DNA from: a virus
Taxonomy: Duplodnaviria > Caudoviricetes
DNA: 37,711 nucleotides
IMG/VR virus record: IMGVR_UViG_3300043391_000311
Coordinates: 1-37,711 of that record
Direction: 5' to 3' (one strand)
Of this stretch, positions 33,901 to 37,711 are shown in pieces. Numbering within the stretch: position 1 is the stretch's first letter; the number at the start of each line of letters is the position of its first letter. Under the pieces are notes generated by a model. It did not search any database. It had not been told where the DNA came from and saw only the letters and a list, made by a program, of their open reading frames with translations. A program made the position numbers and the translations under genes.

Positions 33901-36819
33901 TTGCTGATCCACGCCGAGCAAGTCGTCAATGTACGCGTCGTATTCGTCGCCCAGTTTGCCAGTCTTTCGAGCTTCGCGGATTCTCTTCGCCGTTTGCAGC
34001 ACGGAAGCCAGAAGGCGCTTAAATGCGCGAACCCACGCCACCAAAGGCGAGTTGTTTTCTTCGAGCGATTTCGTGATTGATCCGCTTCCAATACGCCGAC
34101 CATCTTGCAACCTGCCGAGCACATCAGCCACGACGATACGTGAGACGGCCTCCACAAGCGCACGCGGGGCAAAGTCTGGCGATGCGTTCACCGCGTCAGA
34201 CGTGGAGCCAATGAGAAACTTTTCGCCCGTCGCTTCTTCGGCTTGCTGGATGAGTCCGAGCCAATCGCTTTTTTTGTAGCGGCCAAGTCGCAGCCCTTCC
34301 TTCAGTCGCCCCTCGCTCGTTTCTTCAATAAGAGTGGTTAGGTTCGCGCTTTTAAATAGCTTCGACTTCGACACTCCACCCTCAACCACATTGGAACCGA
34401 GAATGATGGCTCTTTCGACAGCATCACGCATGATCTTGATGCGCTCTTCCTGCGACTCTCCAAAGACGTCCGCCGCGATCTTGCGGGCCTCGTCAATATT
34501 TACGCCTTGTATGACGTTGGCCGCGATTGCCGCCTTGATGGCGTCCTCTGGAGACATGGAACCACCGCGAACGCGAGTCGCCAAAGAATCTGACGGACGA
34601 GGTGACACAGTGACCTCTTCGCCCTTTTGCAAAATGTCGTCTGCGATTCGGAGAATGGAATCATTGTTGATCCGCTCCATCTCGTTCATGTTCTGCTCAA
34701 TAACTGGTTGAGCATCGCGCCATGAGTCGAAGGTTGCTTTGCTGCCATCGTTCAAATCCGTCACGACCACTTTGCCACCAGGGAGGAGCGTGTACTCAGG
34801 AATCAGACCTTGGCGAGTCACTTCAACGACGGCCTCGGCGACCGCTTTTTGTTGTGTATCAAGTTTGTCTTGATACTCCGCCGCAACTTCAGGCGAACGG
34901 TGCGTGAAAGCTTCACGGTAAAGCGCCTGCGCCTCATCCATTTTCCCGGCTCTAGCCGCCTCTAAAATCGGCACCGCCTTCACTTCAATGATGCCCTGCT
35001 CTCCAAGCCTGTCACGACTACTGAGCAAGTTTTGCGCATCTTTGATGTCGCGATGTGTGGCAATGCCAGCGCCAAGAAGAATGAGCGGAATGCTGGCGAT
35101 TGCCACCGTTCCGCGAGAGTTCTTCCATCGTTCCCATTCAGAAGCCATATCCAGCCCGGTATCTATGCCAACGGCCTCAAACACAGCCCGCGTGAACGGC
35201 ATCGTCAAATCTTGAACGCCTTCTTGAGCTTGCTCAAAAACAAAAGTTGCCCCAAGCCTTGCGCCAGCATTTCGCCACGCCGCACTTGTGCCGCTTTTCA
35301 GCACGGCTGCGACACTCGGCAGTTTGCGTAGAATATTAATCTCAAAGGCATCAAGTGCGGCCTCGCCAGCGCCAGACACTCTTGAAATCAACCGCGCCTC
35401 GGAAGGTTCAAGCGATGGATTCTCAAGCCTTAACTGATCGTAATTGGCTTCTGAATACAACTGCCAGGAAATCGGCAGGGTTTTGCCGCGCGTCAAGACG
35501 TTCACCGCCGCCATAGCGACGGTGCTTCCAATCGCGCCGGAGATCTCGCCAACGGGATCGGAGCTTTCTGCGATGGACCGCAATTCACGGGCAATCTGGT
35601 TTTTCTTAAACTCTCTTTTTTGAGCCGCTTCAATGAGCTTCTTTTCATCGGCATCAAGTTCGCGGTATTGCTTGGCAGTTTGACTTGCTTCATCAACGTC
35701 CGCTCTTGTCACATCTGATGCCACCGTTCCAAAGGTCGTCACTTTCCATTCTTTAATGAAATCTGCCGCTTTCTCGGCGCTGTCGATTTTTTCCATTGAT
35801 GTGTAAGCCACACCGGAAGCGATAGGATGCCGAGCCTTTGCCGCATCCGTAATTAACGGCAGCGTTGGCATGTTCGACATGCTTTCAAGTTCCTCGTCTT
35901 TGGCAATCCCTCCAAACTTGCCAACGTATCGACCGCCGCTTTCTCCGATTTCTTGGAAAAATCCCGTGATGGCGTTGATTGCAGCGCCAGCTCCGCCCAT
36001 AGGGCCAGACTCACGAGCGCCGATGCCTTTCACTGCTTTCTCACCTCTTGCTTGAGCCATCATCGTTGCGGCTGTCAAAACGGCTTTTCGTTTTGCCCCT
36101 GGCAAATCCAGCAGAAGACCCTCGAAATCTTTCAGCGTTTCTTTGTCACCGTCTTTCGGCAATCCCTGCATGGTTCGCTGGTAAGCGTCAACAGCGTCGG
36201 ATAAACCGACGCCGGCAATGACTTCCCGTGCCTGCAAAAAGCCACGCGTGTACTCGGTGGAATCTGGCAGTCGGTCGAGATTCTTGGCCTGCCATGCCTG
36301 GAGCGCCGGAATGACATCGTCACCAAGCAACGCTGCTTTCTGGCCTTCCGCCTCGGTGTCCTCTTTCTGCTTCACGCGCTGGAGTTCCTTTGCGGCAGAT
36401 GCATAGAAGGCAAGATCGTCCAAGCCCTTTGGAGCCTGAAGAAACCGCGTTGCGTAGTCGTTGCGATAAAGATCAAGTGACGCGTTGATTTCGTCAGCCG
36501 TCTTGCCGTAGCGAGATGCGAGGTAGGCGGTATTTGCGACTCGTGCCCGGTCGGCGTCAGGATTGTCCGAATAAGGTAGGATGGCAGCTAGCGAAGGCGC
36601 GATGGCATCGACCGTCTTCAAGTCATTGAACATCCCGCGCAGGCGGTCTTTCTTCTCTTGTTCGGCCTGCGCCTGCGACGGCCATTCAGGCTCGCCGTTG
36701 TCGTCCTGCTGCCGCTTGTAGCGGGCGAGGATGTCGAGTGCCTGCGGGCGTTGCACTTCGTCCATGGCATCAATTCCACGGGCGAGGGCGAAGGCGTCAG
36801 TTTCAAGGATTCGGGGCAT
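27943..36819 (-). CDS. Large polyvalent internal virion (ejection) protein, 2958 aa, with two ART-like and one HhH-glycosylase-like modules
   Basis: position after the internal virion genes; YHGT...GWGLYFA...YVIFD and YHKT...GFFFS...EVIVLDPNQIKS ADP-ribosyltransferase-like motifs; hydrophobic C-terminal region. Confidence 0.85.
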   Translation of the reverse strand: MPRILETDAFALARGIDAMDEVQRPQALDILARYKRQQDDNGEPEWPSQAQAEQEKKDRLRGMFNDLKTVDAIAPSLAAILPYSDNPDADRARVANTAYLASRYGKTADEINASLDLYRNDYATRFLQAPKGLDDLAFYASAAKELQRVKQKEDTEAEGQKAALLGDDVIPALQAWQAKNLDRLPDSTEYTRGFLQAREVIAGVGLSDAVDAYQRTMQGLPKDGDKETLKDFEGLLLDLPGAKRKAVLTAATMMAQARGEKAVKGIGARESGPMGGAGAAINAITGFFQEIGESGGRYVGKFGGIAKDEELESMSNMPTLPLITDAAKARHPIASGVAYTSMEKIDSAEKAADFIKEWKVTTFGTVASDVTRADVDEASQTAKQYRELDADEKKLIEAAQKREFKKNQIARELRSIAESSDPVGEISGAIGSTVAMAAVNVLTRGKTLPISWQLYSEANYDQLRLENPSLEPSEARLISRVSGAGEAALDAFEINILRKLPSVAAVLKSGTSAAWRNAGARLGATFVFEQAQEGVQDLTMPFTRAVFEAVGIDTGLDMASEWERWKNSRGTVAIASIPLILLGAGIATHRDIKDAQNLLSSRDRLGEQGIIEVKAVPILEAARAGKMDEAQALYREAFTHRSPEVAAEYQDKLDTQQKAVAEAVVEVTRQGLIPEYTLLPGGKVVVTDLNDGSKATFDSWRDAQPVIEQNMNEMERINNDSILRIADDILQKGEEVTVSPRPSDSLATRVRGGSMSPEDAIKAAIAANVIQGVNIDEARKIAADVFGESQEERIKIMRDAVERAIILGSNVVEGGVSKSKLFKSANLTTLIEETSEGRLKEGLRLGRYKKSDWLGLIQQAEEATGEKFLIGSTSDAVNASPDFAPRALVEAVSRIVVADVLGRLQDGRRIGSGSITKSLEENNSPLVAWVRAFKRLLASVLQTAKRIREARKTGKLGDEYDAYIDDLLGVDQQAKFEREASADAEAIANEALNVGGATYSEEAPGPNGETFSMSRAVPADASKIVQMPDGARLVGPTTFSVRAYHGTPYQVDRFRMAKIGTGEGAQAYGWGLYFAQEKAVAAEYQKRLGATAWKLIAEYPSVSAEAAYKAKGTLGYKGNKLEAKREIRSELRDGIISQEVADEAIYLIDTAEGGGGNLYTVELLPDEADFLDWDKPLSEQSDKVKAAIELILAKTKSSRFTFENNTGAKFYESLSTDDPAAFLSRKSAPSASQYLASLGIPGIRYLDGGSRGAGEGTSNYVIFDESLVKILEENEKPVDGPTFSISAATNLAESKRNDPLMQRKINKWKKSREEMGKALEEADDDFFNVFWPELMKAAGQRLKPSLRNINEAARRSVDDILGWLKENPKYLNYYADDWNTTRNILDITFPNFTNDDFVGFRLFTGLTSPATPLRGNLADAMQVMNLWQSEKSFGKLELERSEKGNRKVKDGNPFKLQSNTGANKIFTLKVIEGLFKKLGNWEAVNFYLHEGITSKELHAFNKEMGYAGGVSDIGDIRRVVNEATGQDKLIPRMFIFGPKVGAYTLNATGDSRFTTTDIWESRFIRSYFPQMFENGTGLPTNGMEHEIFQNFASAFKRTIEVKMGQDFEPSALQAVRWFYMIFKSREAGYKYGSTSGTISDYAQLAAKQYLGIDFDDNRSGGRGDVGNGSGAAGAGANVEGPTFSIRAVSPAMDAEYMAAVEAGDVAKQQAMVDAAAEKAGYKTKAYHKTWESFNEFIQGGNLQETRQWLGKNGNTRTLIGKSGKGFFFSLDKENTPAYHNQKKTGEKILNVYLKYRNPLVFDKDTKEWAIEVFGDGNKEFPRILTNEAYDFVKGDYDSIEIYNKGFAHESKADEVIVLDPNQIKSADPVTRDDQGNVIPLSQRFNPADNRITFSIRSGDFESRMSAAFSPFRRNPELRLAIAQVAKARAQKLGAEWIEKAAVIRGAGDIGKEARMREALAYEARMNDYMDGLTPNARQTLEFEPLALEDDPLVSAMLDFGKLMSFTNAKKAGKVDAKAGDYDGVPWLPPSFYSKGAGIMPDQMAQAMNDAGLLPDAYADTLWNELGKRIASTKKDKTAHREAVAAYKAAQKYAKDASRAEADQWAEGAKKKAGSPKAQRENLKAALRLLDGILAAAPPEVRARVGGYVKLAGLATDEAMLDEIERRIEKLNAELEKWLKKEGVAEIEKLFKKARPDSEAGKRGKGKDADMHALFAAAERAAKMDEVAVAGELARLDSLIGGDTLTPEQEALAITERGIVELVGDLKNADAGRVFSALDTLRDIYEGGWIKWKLAQIEKREERAGMRAAFIADTGKSGVKPERDAAEREAETLLGKIKGGFLSLSSFHEVLSYAFGSTSARVKSLVDAEREASGQYEDVNQALADEVQNLFTTLAGGKVLAGEKLRYDMAQRTIQTAKGELSQLGAIQALLMWRQEDGRRHMEGQLGEDGKPISSWSYDQAWIDEITGQLTPEAQSVMAWIMQKYGAEHAVLNPLYRQRYGVNMPAHDNYAPITVQPVQAKAGEVIDPVSGASMSSGSILTPGSLRTRSRNAIAEPEFRDALQTLLMHTRQLEYWKAYYDLALESSAILGNREVLNAVKAKGGEQAATALRKWIDAIAQGGFRDASSSLEMNKMLQRMTGRAASVGLLGRFSTLLVQSTQLAAASVKMPLGSYLVGISKLLTGNLGYRDAINSPFIQRRYKSAPPIVRQAMEGLAAASRPNQIKRATRALGQLLSGTDALFTAGTYALLLDYHRGTGRALGLTGADLEEHAHTEAQRDTEQVAQPTRMAARSLAEVTSTNPLAKVSWAYASEARQKIALMAWAATKAKSEPAQFAKTAFLVFGVGGLLTQVLKGLWREAKGDDDEKKWSAERLTLAALTGPLHGVPLASELMGDQGMLSGVAWAWPALKDIASGEGDMRDVDTLLSTLGLINDTAAAAASLSHAGLDAAKVIQNLGDKK

Positions 36820-37711
36820 AGCGTTTCAGAAGTTCGTTAATATCAATCTTTGGAGCGTCGAGAACTGGGACTAATGGATTAGCAACCGCTTCCTGAAGGC
36901 CGTTGACCAAAGGCATTGCCCCGCTCATGGTTGGGGCGCTTGACGCTTCAACGGATGCTTGTTTCACAAACGGCATTTTGGCTAGTTCGGCCATGCGCTT
37001 CATTGCGCCTTCTGGCGTCTTCACCTCGCCGGACTGAACGTCTTTTTCTAACTGGACTCGGATCATGCCGATTTGAGCGGCAATCTTGTCACGCTTGGCA
37101 GGATCGTCCTGCATGACCGGCTTGATCTGCTTTGTCACCTGTTCAATGACGGTCGAAGTTCCAGTCGGAACTGGCCCGCCCATCCAAGGCAAACGACGCC
37201 ACCAAAGGAAGCCGCTGCTCGTATCAGGAACGGCGGTCTTGACCGTGGTCTCTGTGACAATCGGGTTGCCATCCGGCCCAAGTGCAGGCTTCTCAAACTC
37301 GCCTAATCGCTTTTCATCAAATGCCCAGCGGTGAAGTTGCGCCAACGGCTCCTTCAGAATCTCGGCTTGATTCGGCGCGGTGAATCGTGCGTCGAGGCGC
37401 TTCTTCAACTGTTCCTCGTAAGCACCGGAGAATCGCGACTCAATGCCCGCTTCAAGTTGAGCACGAGGTAGGCCGGAGCCGTCGTCTTTCAGGTTGTCAA
37501 TGGATGCCACCGCAGCCTCGTATTCTGAGGTCGAGTTCATTCCGGCTTTGTTGTGATAGTCCGCATTGTAAAACTTCGCCACATCACGAGTGAGAGGGTC
37601 GAGTTCCTTGATGGCGTCGAACGTCTCGCCTTTCTTCACTTGCCCCAGGTCGATGCGGGTTTTGATGTCGCGCCAAGCGTCGGAGCTTTGGCCTGCCAAA
37701 ATGTTCTTGGC
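36803..37711 (-). CDS. Internal virion protein, 3' part of the gene starting at 1003
   Basis: same reading frame across the 127-bp overlap. Confidence 0.8.
   Translation of the reverse strand, partial: AKNILAGQSSDAWRDIKTRIDLGQVKKGETFDAIKELDPLTRDVAKFYNADYHNKAGMNSTSEYEAAVASIDNLKDDGSGLPRAQLEAGIESRFSGAYEEQLKKRLDARFTAPNQAEILKEPLAQLHRWAFDEKRLGEFEKPALGPDGNPIVTETTVKTAVPDTSSGFLWWRRLPWMGGPVPTGTSTVIEQVTKQIKPVMQDDPAKRDKIAAQIGMIRVQLEKDVQSGEVKTPEGAMKRMAELAKMPFVKQASVEASSAPTMSGAMPLVNGLQEAVANPLVPVLDAPKIDINELLKRYAPNP
37585..37711. repeat. 127-bp exact terminal direct repeat, right copy
   Basis: identical to 1-127. Confidence 0.95.

Overview
This window looks like a complete, circularly assembled tailed-phage genome of 37,584 bp (bases 1-127 recur exactly at 37585-37711). 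Essentially every credible gene is on the minus strand. It combines a BPP-1/epsilon15/T7-style podovirus virion module (TerS, TerL, portal, scaffold, major capsid, tail adaptor, nozzle, internal virion proteins) with a lambdoid-type replication/recombination module (RHH regulator, RecT-like SSAP, Cas4-like DUF2800 nuclease, VRR-NUC, DUF1376 initiator with iterons, DnaB). I saw no integrase, DNA/RNA polymerase, primase, CI-type repressor, tRNA or classical tail fibre; a Verrucomicrobia/PVC host is an inference. The standout signal is two integron attC-like sites (16011-16075, 16921-17008) bounding a 933-bp gene cassette whose ends are complementary, as expected after IntI-type insertion. The cassette carries a Mom-like DNA-modification gene. 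Its genes run opposite to normal cassette orientation and take their start and stop codons from the attC hairpins, although the phage has no integrase. Second is a 2958-aa polyvalent ejection protein with two ADP-ribosyltransferase-like modules and an HhH-glycosylase-like module, each bounded by TFS[I/V/M] motifs. All calls are by eye from motifs and synteny; no database searches were run.
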